From NCBI GenBank assembly GCA_973851085.1, contig OZ316775.1, forward strand, positions 11,904,001 through 11,968,000: a stretch of DNA of 64,000 nt, read 5' to 3'. The position numbers and the translations under genes are program-made. Numbering within the stretch: the stretch's first letter is position 1; every line of letters begins with the position of its first letter. The notes beneath the pieces are model-generated. The model saw only the letters and a program-made list of their open reading frames with translations, was not told where the DNA came from and made no database searches. Origin of the DNA: Ptychomitrium polyphyllum. Taxonomy: Eukaryota. Shown in pieces: positions 12,163 to 27,291 of the stretch.

Positions 12163-15100
12163 GGCGCCACAGGACAGCTCCACCTGCTTCACGAAGGAGC
12201 TCCTGCGAGGCCAAACTCGGGCAAGAGTGCCGCAGCACCGGCTTTCAGAAAACACGCAACATGACGGCTCGATGGCAGTGCGCAAGAGTCCGGCACTCTG
12301 CGCTGCACTGCAGTAGGCGCCTTCCACGCTGGAATCAGTAGTGGCAGTGTTGGTCCTAGGCCTGCGTTGGCAGAGTGCCTCACAGCAGTGGCGTCCAATT
12401 GAATGAAAGCATGTGCCGGTATCCGGCTCCAGCAGGGCCAATACGGGCACCGTCCTTGCAACAAAACGCTCATAAATTCTTCTGTAGCACGAACTTCGAT
12501 GCAAGATTGAATGCATGGATACTACAGTATGCCGAGCGTTTCGTTATGCTCTTCGTCATGGTATTCACTATTTTCCCGCGGATTTTTGCGTACAGCGCCA
12601 GCCGGTGGTCCTGGCTTTTGACCGGTCACCCTGCCCTGCATCCTCTACAACTTAAAATAGACCTCTGAAAATACACAACTAAGAGCGTCGTACCATATTC
12701 AGCGAACCGTCCCCTCCAACCCTCAGGAGTTGGAGTTCAAATAGGCCCTTGATAATTTCATGATAGTTTGGTAATGATTCTTTTGCTTTTCAGAGTTTCA
12801 CGAAAAATTACTGGATAACTTACATGTCAAAAATGACAACTACTGTTTGCAGAATAGCAAACAATTTACCTTATTCTTATTCTTATTCCGGATCAGGCCT
12901 TAGAAAAATGTGTCATTGTTTTGTATTTTGCATACAGTGTTTTTTTCTTTTTTGAATTTTCTTGCTAAATTCCCTAATGCTTAATAAAATTTAATCTTGG
13001 AGAGAACCGAAAATTGGGAAATTTAGTTTCTTCCAAGGTGTGAGATGAAAAAGTAGACCCAACAATCAAGTTTACAACAACCAAACCATGTAGCATATGG
13101 GATATTGACCACAAACAATGCTGGGTCGAACCTTGGTTAATCACACTTATAATTTCATAATAAGTGCCATCACTGCAACTTTCAATTCTTAGTTATACAT
13201 ATCAAATTAGCATTTTAAAAAAATTCTTCAATTTAAAAATGTATCAAGCTAAGGCAACATTTACCTTTCAAAAATTACATGTAAATTCAAATTTCCAATA
13301 ACACGTTGGAAATAAAATATTGTACGAAGATAGAAGGAAATAAGGTAAAAGTTGTCATTAAAGAAGATTCTTAAGGTCCAAATACTCATTATATTGAATT
13401 TCTTTTAAACTTTCTTCAACAATAGGAATGTATTGAATTGTAGTTGAGTTTGTTTCCAAATAACTATATATGATTTGAAGTTCCAGATTAAATGTTGTAA
13501 ACAAAATGCAAAACAAACAATGAAAGGTTTTTATTTGCATATCTTATATTTGTTAGTTGAACGCTTTTATTTCATTGTCTATATATTAATATAAAATTCA
13601 TGGCTTAAAATTGTTAAGAGATATGGAGCATGTGTAACTATATAAGATACTTTATAAAAAAAACACCTTATAATAAATTGGTTTTATTCACTCTTAACTA
13701 TAACCTAATGGTTTATCTTTCTTAGGATTTATATTTAATTATTTTTAATGACCTTTTTAAGTTGTATTAAATATACATTTGGCATAAATTCATTGTAAAT
13801 TTGCATGTTTTGTGCAATAATTAAGACTTATTGATTTAATAAATATAACTATGCCAATGACTTGCACACTTTTTATAAATTAAAAATTAATATTTCTTAT
13901 ATGAAGAATTTTGTCATTTCTTTAGAATTAATAATTTTAATTTTAATTTCTTTTTTTTCTACAAGAAGTAATATTTTCCTTGTAGTATTTTAATGATTTT
14001 TTAAAAAAAAAATCCTATCAACCATATTCAAATTGTATATGGTTTATTAGGCCTTTTCTTTAAACTTGTACTTTTTAAATGATAATACACTTTTATAGAT
14101 TTTAGCTATTTTGAAAACCACAATCTATCTTTATAAAAAAAATTGTCTATGTCAATAACAATTTTTACCATTTTGTATCAATTTGCTTTAAAAAATGAAT
14201 CACGTATATAAATTCGTTATATTTTTTAAAGGCAGTATTTGAATTTCTTTATTTTACTTCCAAGTTCAAACCATAAGTCAATTGTGTGAAAAAACCTTCT
14301 TTAATTTAATATTATTTATCAACTATAAATATTAAATGACCTGTAATTAACACATACATGTTTTAAAGTAGATTTTATAAGTTGATTTGATTTTGATAGG
14401 TGGTTATTAAATCATTAGTATGACCTTGGTTGAATGTGAGTGTATATTTCATATGTTTTATTCTAGTTTAAAACCTATTGAACTTATATGAACAAGTATG
14501 GTTAAATATTAGCTAATACTCAATATGTAGTGGTTTAGTACTATTATGTGAATAAGTATATGAAGACTTTTTAAACACACATGACTAAAAAAAATGCTAG
14601 AATACACTTATAACTCAATTTCAATATAATGTGACTATAATGAAATAATACACTTCAAATAATTAAAAACAAAATTGATGCTTTATAAATTATAACTAAA
14701 TACAACCATGGATTTTTGCAAGAAAATACAAAAAATATCATATTAAAACATAAAATTTTATTTTTTTCATAATCAATTTAGATTTATAATTCATTGTAAA
14801 AAAAATTCTTTTAATACATGCCATTTTATTTTTTTAAATCGTCACATGGTTGTATATAGTACTAATTGAGCCTTTATTAGAATTTGGAAATTCATTGTTT
14901 ATTCATAATCTTTATTTTGAAGCTTTTTAAAAACCATATACATTGCATATTTTTGCATCAATAATTTTTATTTTTTTAATAAAAGCTTAGTCAAGTGATT
15001 TATTAATGAAGAAGTTGAAATTGATATTTATTTTTTATGTACATTGCATCATTGCAAATACTATAAGTCCAATTCTATTCATATTTAATCAATATTATAA

Positions 15101-17774
15101 ATTATAATTATTATCCATTAATGAGTAAATAAAAATAAAATTAAAATGTAATAATGCATAAAAATTCCTAATTTTGAACACTTTTGAAACAAAGAACCCA
15201 AGTTGTATTGATTTTAGGTATATTTTTATTAATGGTATAAACAATATTTGTATTTATGATATGTTTGAGTTTTAGGATTCTAATGTAATATTGAAAATTA
15301 AAATTGTATATAATCATATTAAGCAGCTAATGCAACTTTTATTAAGCTTTTAAAAAAATTAAGAATTTTTGCGGAATTATAAAATTCAAGGTCTATATTC
15401 ATGGAAGTTATGTTATTTGATAAGTTTTGTTTTGTTTTAAAATAAAAAGTTATATATAATCTATAGAAGAATTTTTAAAAATATTAAAAGTCTTGTATTG
15501 AAATTATTAATTCTTACCATCTATACTTTAATACCATTCTTATAAATGACATTGATTATTGAATATGATTATTAAATAAATTTTTGTATACTCTATGTAA
15601 TTAGTGAGAAAATAATAAGATGCAACCAAAATTTTGGAAATGTCTTATGTGAAGTGCTTAAGGCACCTTACTTTTATTTGAAAATTGGTTTTAGGTTCTT
15701 GAAGCTATTGCAAATTTTTCAAGTTTTGCTATTGTTTAAGTGTTGGATAATAGAAACTACAAGTCCTTCAAGGCTTCTATGGTGTAGATTTTGTAATAAT
15801 TTATTATAGAGAAATAAAGTTGTTCATCAAAAGTTTAATTACAAACTTGAAGTGTATTTTTGTAGTTTTCAAGTTAATAGATTCTATTGTGCATTTATTT
15901 AGAATTTTTCAAAGTATTATCTATAATTTGATTTTTGTTTTAATTTTTTATCAAGTCAAATTTTATCCATAAATACTTAGAGTTTTTATATGATTTTTAT
16001 GAAAGTAGTCTTACGATACTGATTGTCAGTTTTCATGATTTAATGATGTGACAGACATCATTGTCTGTTTTCAAGTAACCTATACCTTCCCATAATTACA
16101 TATAGCAATAAATTCCAATTTAATGTAACCGATTGACGATACCAGTAATGAATCTCGACAGGTGAGGATTAGATTTCAAACAGAAGCGTCGTATTTCCAA
16201 AAAACACGCACAGATGTTGATTAATTGTTGCTGAACTGACGAGACAGCAGCACGGGATTACGATGCACAAGGATGCAAATTCAATAGCAAAACAACTACT
16301 TCTTCAGAACACGACGATTGGCACCTCAAATCGTTGGTAAACAAAAAGAAGAAACTCAAACTTTAGGGGCTCTCACAAGAGGCTGCAGGGTCTTCCTCAG
16401 CATGACGATAAAATCAGAACAATTGCATCGGCACAGTAGATATCTTATGAGTCTCTTGGAAAGCGTTCGCCCCAAGCATCCTCGGCATACTACAGCAGCG
16501 GAAGTGCCCTGGAATGCCAAAGCTTTCGCACCAAGAAGTGCCACTTGCAAACTTCCTCCGAACTAAATTTCTGACGAATAAAGTTAACCCTAAATACTAG
16601 GAAAAGATTACCGATCACTCCTAGTCCCCGTCAAACCAATAATCACATCCAATAACGCAGTCATTCTGCACGACCTTGTTCTTCGTCCACGACGGACGTC
16701 CACCTGAACGAACGTTACGTCCCACGCTCGTCCCGAAGGACCGACGATGACTCCAAGGTAGACAACCGAGAGATCTCTGTGGGACCCAAAGGCGCGAAAG
16801 CCGTGGCAAACGGCAATGCGGTCACAGAAGGTTCTGCAGCCAACAGCGCGCGGGCACGTCAGCATCTTGAGACGGGCGGGAAGCGCGAAGCTTCGGTGCC
16901 CCAGGCTTCGGTAACGGGAGATGATTCTCCTACGCCCGCGCCTTCCCCGCGGACTACATAAGGAGGGAGAGCGAGGGCGAGGGCGCAAGGGACCAGAGAG
17001 AGACGATTGTTGGTCGCTCAGTTGGGAGGCTGGTTCGTTGGATGCTCGCCGGATGGTTCTAGACGCCGGAGAGCGGTAACTGAGTTTGGGCGGTAGTTTG
17101 GAAAGCCGAAGGGCGAGGGGAAGCGGAAGCGCGGGCTGGGCCTGGGGTTGGGCGCGGTCGCGGGGAGCACGAGGAGCGCGGCCGAGGTCCACGTTCCGCC
17201 TTGCAATCCAAGGTTTGGGCAAACCCTAGCCAGACGAATACCTTGTCGCGCTGCCGCAGTGATATTTAGATCGGCAGTCTCTTGGATATGCTGGATTGCA
17301 GGTTCGGCTCGTCCTCCCGCAGGCTCGGGGGAGTCTATGAGTCCTCCGTGTTTTGTTTTTCCTGGTTTATTCTTCCTGCAGGGCCGAGCGGGGGGTCTCA
17401 GGTTGCGGCGGCTTGCGCCGGCGTGACCTAGGGCAGCAATTGTAGTTCGAGGGCGCGTAGAATAGGATCAACGACGGTCAGTGATATTAAGATGAGGTTT
17501 GAGACTCGTTGGCAGAGTGGTGTCGTGGAATATTCCTTCGTTTCTTGGCGGTGGTTACGAGATGAGTTCATTTTCTGGGATGTTTATGTGATATGTATAA
17601 AGTGTTTGCGCTGAGTTAAGGCTGAAGGTATTATGTGTGTAATTCTGATGGGAGAGCGTGTCATGTTGGCAGAGCTTGTTAAACGGTGGAGTTTCGGGTC
17701 GCCGTTTTCCTCCTTTCGATGAACTTTTAAGAAACGGTCTCGGGGGTGGTGGTGCCTCCGTCTCGGCCGCATGC

Positions 17775-20700
17775 ATGGCGACGGCGCTTCTTCACACTTA
17801 TGAGCGTCATAGTAATCCTTACTCCCTAGGCTCGGACGATATAATGAAGAAAGGGCTGAAAATGGGGGAGCTCGGCGCGGACGCCTCTAACGACCTTCGG
17901 GTTCTGAAACGGAAATCGATGAGCTTGAACCACGACAATTTCCAGGCATCGCCTATCGGGAGTAGCGCGGATCTTGCGAAGCTCTCCCGGGATCAGAGGA
18001 GTGAGTTGAGGAAAAAGCTGAAAAGAAACATCGAGGAAGTGAAGGCCGTGGGCTCGAAGATTGAGACGTGGTTGGACCTTCTCCAGAAGAGCAAACAGCA
18101 GCCCAGCGGGCTGAAACCGGACATGAAGCCTCACGCGCACGGCGGTGAGGCGAAACCGTTGCGAGCAGATGACAACGGGCAGGGCAGGAAGGACGTGGCG
18201 TCCGTGCTGTCGGACCCCGCGTCGTCGTCCGGCGAGACTCCCCGCGACATGCCGAAAGAGATGTCGCAAAGAGAAGCCAGGCTTGCCCGGCAGCCGAGTG
18301 TCGTGGTGCCCGAGGCATCAGCTGGGACCCCGAGCGAGAAGATGAAGCGGACCCCGAAGGCGAACCCGACGTACGTGAACGACGAGTTCGTGTCGGGGAA
18401 GGATAGGATGCCCCCTCCGGAGAAGGCGCGGCCGAAGAAGATGGTGCCGGGCAGGGGGGACAAGGACCCCCGGAGGCAGAAGGTGGAGGCCGCGCGCGCG
18501 AAGAGAATGTCGGACATGCTGAAGCAGTGCACGACGCTGCTGCGGAAGCTGATGCAGCACAAGCACGGGTGGGTGTTCAACGACCCCGTGGACGCGGAGA
18601 AGCTGGGGCTGCACGACTACCACTCGATCATAAAGAAGCCGATGGACCTGGGGACGATCAAGAAGAGGCTGCACCTGAAGCAGTACCCGACGCCCGCGGA
18701 GTTCGCCGAGGACATCCAGCTGACGTTCTCGAACGCGATGACGTACAACCCGGTAGGGCACGACGTGTTCGTGATGGCGGAGCTGCTGAAGAACATCTTC
18801 GAGGAGTGGTGGAAGAACATGAGCAAGAAGCTGGAGGAGGAGAGGAGGCGGGTGGACAGGGAGGAGGAGATGCTGGCGAACGACGACGACTCGTTCGAGG
18901 AGCCGGGGGATGTCCGGCGGGGCGAGAGGGACCTGCATTCGCTGACGCGGGGGAAGTCGAGCTCGCGGCTAGGGTCGCAGCCGAAGCCGCGGCCGGACGA
19001 CATAGGGAAGAGGCCGATGACGTTCGAGGAGAAGAGGAAGCTGAGCGTGAACCTGGAGAGGCTGCCGGGGGAGAAGCTGGAGCGCATTGTACAGATAATA
19101 AAGAAGAGGAACCCGGATCTGGGGCAGAATGAGGACGAGATCGAGGTGGACATCGACTCGTTCGACAACGACACGCTGTGGGAGCTGGACCGGTTCGTGA
19201 CGAACTACATGAAGAGCAGGGGCAAGAAGGCGAAGTCGAAGGCTCAGGCGCAGCGCGGAGAGTTCCAGGTTCGGAATCCGTGCCCTCTGTGGTGTGAGTG
19301 TGGGGTGGGACGTGGTGGGAAGCCCGGTGCGTGGTCTGGAATGCCGTTTCGGCGTGGAGTGGCGCGACCACTGTGGAAACGGCATGTAGGGCATTCAGGG
19401 GGTTGCCCGGGCCGCAAGTCTGCAGGGGTGTGGAAAACGGGAGGCGGTTTTGGGCTCCTTGAGCCCGAAGAGAAACATGCGATGCTTGTCTGTGATGCTG
19501 TGCGGGGAGGAAGTGTGTCGTGGTTGAGCAGGAGCGAGGTGCGGCATTGGCATGGTGGTAACACGGCGTACTGATGTTGTGTCGTTGGGTGTGGATGCAG
19601 GGTGCTGTACCGGAAGGCAGCGCAGGTAGAAAATCTCGACTAGGTGAGGGGTGTACATCCGTCTGGTTTGTGGGGTGGGTTGGATGCGGGAGTGTGTGGG
19701 GTGGTGGGTGCGAGGAGAGAGGAGGCGAGTCCATGTGCACGTGGTTGACGTGGTCGTTTTGTTCAGGCGGAGACGGCGGAGAGAAGGATGTAGATATCGA
19801 CGACGACCTGGCTCCCACGAAGTTCGCTCCCGTGGTGATTGACAAGGGCAGAGATTCCAGCAGCTCTGGCAGCGACAGCAGCGACTCGGGAAGCTCCGAC
19901 AGTGGTAAGTGGCCGGCGACGAGCCGTTACCCCGGGGCTTGCAGTGGGTGGTGTTTTGCTGTTGTTTCTAGGCCCGCAGGTGTCTCGGGCCGACATGGAT
20001 GTAGTCACGAACGGTCAGGCCCGGGTTCGCCCGGTGCGTGGCCCCCCCCCCCCGGGCCCCGGTCGGGGAAGCCGATGCGAGGGGGCTTGCAGTGGGTTTG
20101 TGCGGGGAGCGGAGTGCTGACGTTGAGGCGTGCGATGTGCAGATTCCGACTCCGGAAGTTCATCGGGGAGTGAGTCCGATGCCGAGGATGGGCAGACAGG
20201 CGGTGCTGGACCCAAAGCATCACATGATAAGGTGTGAATGAGGTCCTAAAGAGAATACGACTACATAAGGACTCGGAAAGGCCATGAGCTCTGGGCGGGT
20301 GTTTCTTGTAGGAGTGCTAGGCTTTGCTCATGGTCTTTCCTTGGCTTGGTTGTGGTTTGTTTGTTGGCAGCCCTTTGACTTTTCTGTGCAGCAGGCTCGA
20401 GGGCCTGGTGCGAGGATATTGGTTCTCTAGCTTTGGCTTTAGTTGAAGTCAGGAGGGCTTGCGAGTGTTTCCTACAGTTTGAACTTACCGTGGGAGAGGA
20501 GGCTGAAACATGCCAGTCGATTGCGGATTGTCCACCGCAACCGGTGCAGGACCATGTGGGTACAGACCCCGCGCGTGAGCCCAAAGACAGCCCTATCCTG
20601 GTGCAAGAGGCGACGCTAAGTGGGTCCTCTTACTGCAAAACAGCTGTAGTTTTTAAATATTTTGTGGTAGTTTTTCTTTAGTTTTGAATGATTGTTGGTT

Positions 20701-22458
20701 TTCAGAGTTTATTTAGTAATTTTAGGTTGAACTGAATGTCGATTTCTTCTTTTTCTTTGTTTATTTCTTTTTTGACCTCATGTTTATTGTTTTGGCGAAG
20801 GCATTTTTGGTTATTCCCGTCGTATTTTGAAACTTACGTTTTTGGCTGCAGAGGATGAGTCTGTGGTACATGAAGAATCTATTGCTGAGCGGCCTGTGGT
20901 AGAAGAAAAAAGTCCTCCAGCTAGGCAAGTTTCACCGGAGAAACAGTTACGAGCTGCACTGTTGAAGGGACGGTTTGCAGATTTGATAGTGAAGTCTCAG
21001 GAGAAGTCGCTTCCTGACATCAAGGTAATTGATTCTGGTGATTACAACTATTGAGATATTAGGGTTCCATGGAGTTATCTGTTTTACTTCTCGTTTCCCC
21101 TTCCTTGTTTTTGAACCATCAGTTTGACATTGAGATCGTTTCTATTTAGAGATAGCGGGGTTCAGTAAGTCGTGCTGATTGCTTAGGCCATTTGACTGGA
21201 ATGAAGAAACTTCATTTTGGTGTGGTACATGTGAAGGATATTTCTTCGACAGTTGGAAATTAATAGCACAAATTTATTTGTGCGAATGTTCTTTTTGGTT
21301 AGTGTATGAGAATTTTGAATTGTACGATACGGAGACTAGAATGAGTCAAATAGCCTTTGGCGGCAATGGTCGTTTGTTGAAATATATGTTTTAACTGTTT
21401 CGTTGTATGAGATGGATTTGAAACTTATGTGATGATGGTGGATTAATACATGTGTTGTTGGGCAGAATGATAAGGTGGACCCAGAAAAATTGAAGAGAGA
21501 TCGCGAAGATTTGGAGAGGCGTCAAAGGGAAGGTATGTTGCTGCGATGTGTATCTGATATTCTTATACGCGTTGAGAACACGAGTATTACTCAAGGCCTA
21601 GAATACGAATTATGCATGGAAACTCTCGATTCCTACTCTTGCTAAGTTTCTTCAGAAGGTGGATTATGTGAACCGAAGTCTGTGTATTACATCAAACGTT
21701 TAAGGCTAATTATGGTTGAACATTTCATTTGAGACTTGCCGTCTAGAGAATTTTTGAATCGTTAAGTTAGCTAACAATAAGATTGTCACAAGCGTTTTCA
21801 CTTTTTGCGCTACATTTAGCGTTCGAGGATGTGTTTGAAATTTTTATGTTTTTCTACTGCAGAGAAGGCAAGGTTGCATGCTGAGGCGAAGGCAGCTGAA
21901 AACATGAAGCGGAAGGCCGAAGCAGAGGCTGCCCTCGTTGAGAAGCAAAAGAGAGAGGTTGAACGTGATGAGGCACGTCGCGCATTGCAGCGGGTATTGC
22001 CCGCGCACTCGTATTGGTGACATCGGGTGCTGGTATGAAGCGGTTGTTTGGTTGATGTTTTTGCTAACAAGTTTTTCTGACAGCGTTATGTCGTGTGTGG
22101 GGGTATGCAGATGGAGAAGACAGTGGAGATCGACGAGAACAGTGCGATTTTGAACGATTTAGAGAGGCTGAGGTCTGGCCCCTTGGAGTCTATGCTGGGA
22201 TCGGCGCATGATGTAGGCAACCATGAAGAGGGTTCACCCGACGGGTCATCGACTATTGCCCTTCAAGGTGGTAGCAATCCATTGGAGCAACTGGGTCTGT
22301 TCATGAGGAATGACGAGGATGACGACGAACCTCATGACGACGAGGATGATGAGATGGATGGCGAGTCTGCTGAAGCTGTGAAGGCGGATGCTGCTGGTGA
22401 CGAGGACGAGCCGGTGGACGTGGATGATGTAGAGGACGGAGAGATCGACGTTGACTAG
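17775..22458 (+). CDS. GTE: Bromodomain and extra-terminal (ET) domain protein, plant GTE/BET family (GTE8/9/10-like architecture with C-terminal coiled coil), ~850 aa
   Basis: Bromodomain (HKHGWVFNDPVD...DYHSIIKKPMDLGTIK...FSNAMTYNP), ET domain (MTFEEKRKLSVNLERLP...EIEVDIDSFDNDTLWEL), SPEKQLRAALLKGRFADLI, MEKTVEIDEN, NPLEQLGLFM and VEDGEID. Exons 17775-19268, 19601-19643, 19767-19904, 20143-20231, 20550-20619, 20852-21024, 21466-21532, 21863-21993 and 22111-22458 are all GT-AG and phase-consistent (2553 nt). Confidence 0.95.
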
Positions 22459-22460
22459 CT

Positions 22461-22568
22461 GTGGTAGTGGTAGTCGGTTAGAGTGTAACATGTACCGTGT
22501 CTTTGATGGGGATTTTTTTCGCAAAAGTAATGTGTTGTGCGGGGGGTAAATTTTGTTCCTTCCTGCAG
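22461..22568 (+). other. Probable 3'-UTR intron of the GTE gene immediately after the stop codon
   Basis: GT at 22461 (alternative 22464) and pyrimidine tract + TGCAG at 22564-22568; both ends are conserved in the duplicate at ~29019-29109. Confidence 0.5.
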
Positions 22569-25500
22569 GTTCTCTGGTAGCAGAGAGAGAAGGTAGGTAG
22601 AAGAAAGACCTGGAGGAGCTTCGGATCTGCTGTGAAATGGGAAGGTGTTGGAGCGTGCAGGCATTGTACAATGGTAAAGCGTAGACGTGCGGAAGACATC
22701 CCAGGATTGTAGGAAGTTAGTAAAGGAAAGAAAGAAAAGATAGTGGGCATGTGTCTTTTGTGAAATGGAAATGGATACGAAAATTTGAAAGATGAGTCTA
22801 TATGACTATCAAACGAACTGGTGAATGCCGCTCTTGAGTCTGAAAACATTTTGATTATTGTTCATCCTGTGAACTGCAGATTCATTGCTAGGTCTTGGAC
22901 GGTTTTTTTTCCCTTGCATGTCTTAGCTCTTTACAAGAAACAGGAATATGGCCAGGTACTCCACTGTAGACACTACAATTAGCATACTGTAGAAGTGGAG
23001 TACTGTTCGTCATGGTCCAAGTCATCAGGCCGTTATGTTACTGGTCCTTTAGAACTTCTGTTATCTGCCGGTATTTGAGATTATTGGAAATTGGGGGTTA
23101 ACATGTCGGAGTAGATTACTTCAACCAAATTTTTGAAGTAAACTTCCTTTTTTCGGATAGAGTATCAATTGATACAAAGTATATTTCATTCAAATTTTTG
23201 AGAGAAGTTGGAGTCTTTAAAAATGAAATGAATACCAAAAATTGAAAGATGAGAGACCACTCCCTGGTCATTGACGAGTTTGTAAATCTTATGTTGATGG
23301 TTTTGTAAATTATGCTGGTGGTAGTCGTTTATATATTCATTCCGGTGTTTAGAGTTCGTGCTTGTTGAAGCTCCAGGGTTTTATTTTAAGTTTCCTTGTC
23401 CTTTGGGCATGACGTCCATAGTTTTAGACAAGTTTAGGGTTATAAGTGTAGAGTAGTGGAAATGCTTTGCCATGAACTCCCTGAATGATTTGCAGCTGGA
23501 TTTCATGAGGTAATTCTGCTTTGCAATTCGGTAATATTGCATTACGTTAGCTTCATTGCTGTGAGCAATGTTCAGCTATACTTTAAAGCATCCCTTTTAA
23601 GAGCGTAGATTACATACCAATTTTGTCAGAGTGCTGAGCGTTGGTCGCACTAGCAGAGTGTTGTACGATGGAATACCTGAATGTAAAACATGTGAATCTG
23701 GACAATATTAGAACATTTATAATAAATTATAATAAAAATTAAAAAGTTCAACTCGATTCAAGCTTGATTGCAAATCCAATGACTTTTGGCTACTTTGTTC
23801 ATTTATTGTCAAAAAAATTATTATATAACTTCAAAGTAATGACAAATCATCTTTAATAAATTTAATTTAGATTTATTCTATGCCAAGTATTATTTTGGAA
23901 CTTTGGAATTTCTTATTTTAATGCATATGGTGTCTTGGAGCTTTTCTTTTGTTGAAGTTTGAAATCTTTAATTTGAATAGACTAAGAAAATGCCACTAAT
24001 GTGTTTTAAAAACCAGTCTATCACCATGTTGCAAGGATTATCTTCCATCTTGTTGAGTGTGCCTACATTCAATTCCTAATGCCTTTTAGTTGTGTTTAGT
24101 GCTCAAACAAGCTAAAAAGTCTCATTAGTATTTACCATTGGCTAAAAATCCTTTATACAATTGTCTTCTGAGAAACCAAATGAAGAAGAATGATTATTAA
24201 GAACACAAGAAATAAGAAGTTAGATACAAAGTGGCTCCCAAGAATTAGCCTCCAAGGAACTAATGGTTAACAAAAAGTGATATATGAACTAGGCACAATA
24301 TGGATATGCTCCACAAGTTGTGTTGGCAAGACTAAGATGTACCTTGTCTTGCCTTTTATTTATACTATGACTCTTATATTACCTAGGATACTTCTGAAGA
24401 AGCTTTTTATGAAGCTTATGAATATTCTAAAGGTCTATGGAACCTTCATAAGAAGTTTTCTAAGGAGGTGGACGGTTATGGAAGCTTTGGAAGAATTCAA
24501 AGAAACTACTACAAGTTACTACGTAGTCGAGGTAAGTTCAAATTCATTTATCAAGCTATTATGCAAGCAATTCCAACTTACCATGTGCCGCCTCTGCCAA
24601 TACTTGCCCCCATTTCAAATCAGCGTATACCCTTTTCTTGGAGCATGCTTCCATTTGCTTGTATGTTTGCTTGCCAATGTTTGTGCCTCACCTCCAAACT
24701 AGCTTGCACCCCTTCCCATGTTTATTCCTTGTCATTGGCATTCCATGCATACAACTTGATGAATTTTTATAAAAATGCACCATGGACATCTACATGGAGT
24801 TTCTCTTTGCCATGTTAAGAAGGACTAGTAATTCAAGATAAAAGATAAATAAAAAAATTCATCAAGTTTTTGTTCTTAATACATACTTGTTTGCTACAAA
24901 AATAAAAACAAACCCATTTGTCTACCTGTTTGAAGTGCTAAAAACCAGTTTAAAACCATGTCCGTTCAATAAGACAACCTTAACTTATCTGTGCCATCAT
25001 CACCAAACTTGTCGTTTATGGACCATTACATTGTGGCTATAATAATTCAAACAAACTTTGCTCACTTGTTGCACATTAGACAATCTTATTGTTCATTAAT
25101 CTGACTCCATCTTTGCATCATGATTATAAAAATAAAACCATGTACATCACAAATTGAAACAACATCTTTAAATTGAAAACAACAATGTATGCTACTTAGA
25201 AAGGAATTAATTATAGAATAAAACAATCTAGAATTGGATGGTCTTTCATAAATAAAAAATTGCAAAACATAAAAATTAAACTAAGTTATTGACACTTGCT
25301 TATGGTAGATGGCTACAAGTCACAAAATCTTTGGTAGCAAAAATAAGATGGCATTAAATGTGGTCCTTACACTTCATATTGCAAAATACAACATTACAAT
25401 TGTAGAAGTTTTTACTTTATTACAGATAGTTTTAAAGAGATAAATACATCCAATTTGGTAGTATAAGAAGGAAAATTGGATAAAAAAAAAACCAATCTAA

Positions 25501-27291
25501 AAAAAAAGAAAATAAAAAAAATCACACTTAAGAATACAAGTTATAAAGTTAATTCTAGATTTTACTAAATGGCTAAAATTGCCAAATCCAAATAAACCGA
25601 AAAAAAAAAATCTCTCAAAAAAAATTCAAAAATCTTGACTTGGTAAAGAATGCCAATCTAAGAGAATTTCTCCATCCAACATCCATTTGAAAATCCTAAT
25701 TGGAACTAATAAGACCAACTAAAATAAAGTTTATACTAAATGTATGAAAATCCTTTTTAATTAATTTATATTACAACATCCAACATGACTTGGCATCCGA
25801 TTCCATGTTGCATAATAAACCTCTACTCAAACTTGTGCTCCAAAGATGTATAATTGTTTAAATTCTTCATAATCTAGCAATTTTTATTCAAATTGTATGT
25901 TTTTTAAAATTTTTGGATGTAACTTGATGATTTGTCTAATACATTCTAATGTATTTTGTGTAGTTAATTATACTTGTATTTTGATACTTCAATTATCTTA
26001 ATTTTGAAGGCCAATTGTCCATATGGTAGAGTAGAGTACTTTGATGCCATATTCAAGCTTGTTAGATTTTAAATTTTTTGTAAATATTATTTTATAGATG
26101 GAAGTAATAAAAATCAATGCCTTATCTAATATTTACTAGTTTTTGTAGAATTTACATCATAATCAATCACAAAGCTTTTGATTAAAATGGCATGATTTTA
26201 AAAGACATTAGAAGTTAAAAATGCAAAATATTTTTAATCTTCTTTTAAGAAATTTATAAAACAAGAGACAAATTTAACGGAAAATGAATTTTGATATTTT
26301 AAATCATCATTTAAAAGCCTTTATATGGTTAAAATAAATTTTTTAATTTATTGAAAAGCATTTTTTAACTTCATGCAAAATAAAACTTTGTACTAATTGC
26401 ATGCAAAATAAAACATCAAAAAAAGATTAATTTTTTTTATTCCGAAGTTTGATTCATAGTATTTTTCACTAAATTAAACTTTCATCCATCATTCACAGGA
26501 TAAAAGTAATTACTTGTGAATATAATAAGAAGATGCATGTAATTATTAGTTACAATCAATGAAATTGCTGCTAACTAGGCCTTGCTTATGGCTTCTGTTT
26601 CAATGCACAATTGCTTCTCTGTTAAGTTGCATTAGCTTTGTAATTTTTTAACAAAAGTGAAGTAATTTGATTCATCTATTGTTTTAAATGAAGACTAAGG
26701 TAAAAAATAACCATATAAAATGAAAACCTTTTGTTGAACAATTCCAAAACTATTGACATTTGGCTTATTTACTGTTTTGGAATTGTTTAGGCCACCAAAG
26801 TTACCAACTTCCAATCCACCAACCATTCAAAAAACACCGTGTACCAATAGTACCAAATTTGTCAAATTGGCCAATTTAATATACATGACATTTGATGTGA
26901 AGTTCTCTATATGAGGCAAGAATCATACAACTTCCTCTACCAAACCATCTTGGATCAAGTGAAACCTTGTTGCAGCTCAGAGTTTCATGCAGTAGCTTAG
27001 GCAAACCACTTTGTTGTTGCACCGATAGACCCTTGCAAACCACGTGCGCAGACACATCTTTGCATGTTTATGAACTTCCATAATGCAACAGACATTATTT
27101 TAATCGAATAATCCTCACTAAATCAACAAGCTGGAAACTAGAGGTTTCTTCTTTCATTCACAATTAGTTGCAAGGCATCGACCACTATTTGGTTTCACAT
27201 CAGCATAAAATGCAAGTATTGACCAACCATTGATTGCACTTTTGTATGAATTTGCAAGTATAACATTGCAGCCCGTTCTGCATCAGGACTT

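Noticed and set aside
10086..12668. Cluster of + strand ORFs up to 261 aa
   Set aside because: Pro/Arg/Thr-rich shadows of the GC-rich 5' part of the minus-strand gene; splice signals are on -.
17658..19574. 638-aa ORF taken as the complete protein
   Set aside because: It starts at an upstream GTG and reads through intron 1 after 19268; the spliced model from ATG 17775 gives the conserved GTE C-terminus.
17826..20241. Long overlapping and antisense ORFs (up to 395 aa) over GTE
   Set aside because: Shadow frames caused by very high GC3; low-complexity translations with no motifs.
24277..24818. Overlapping 141/116-aa ORFs
   Set aside because: No domain recognised; likely TE debris.
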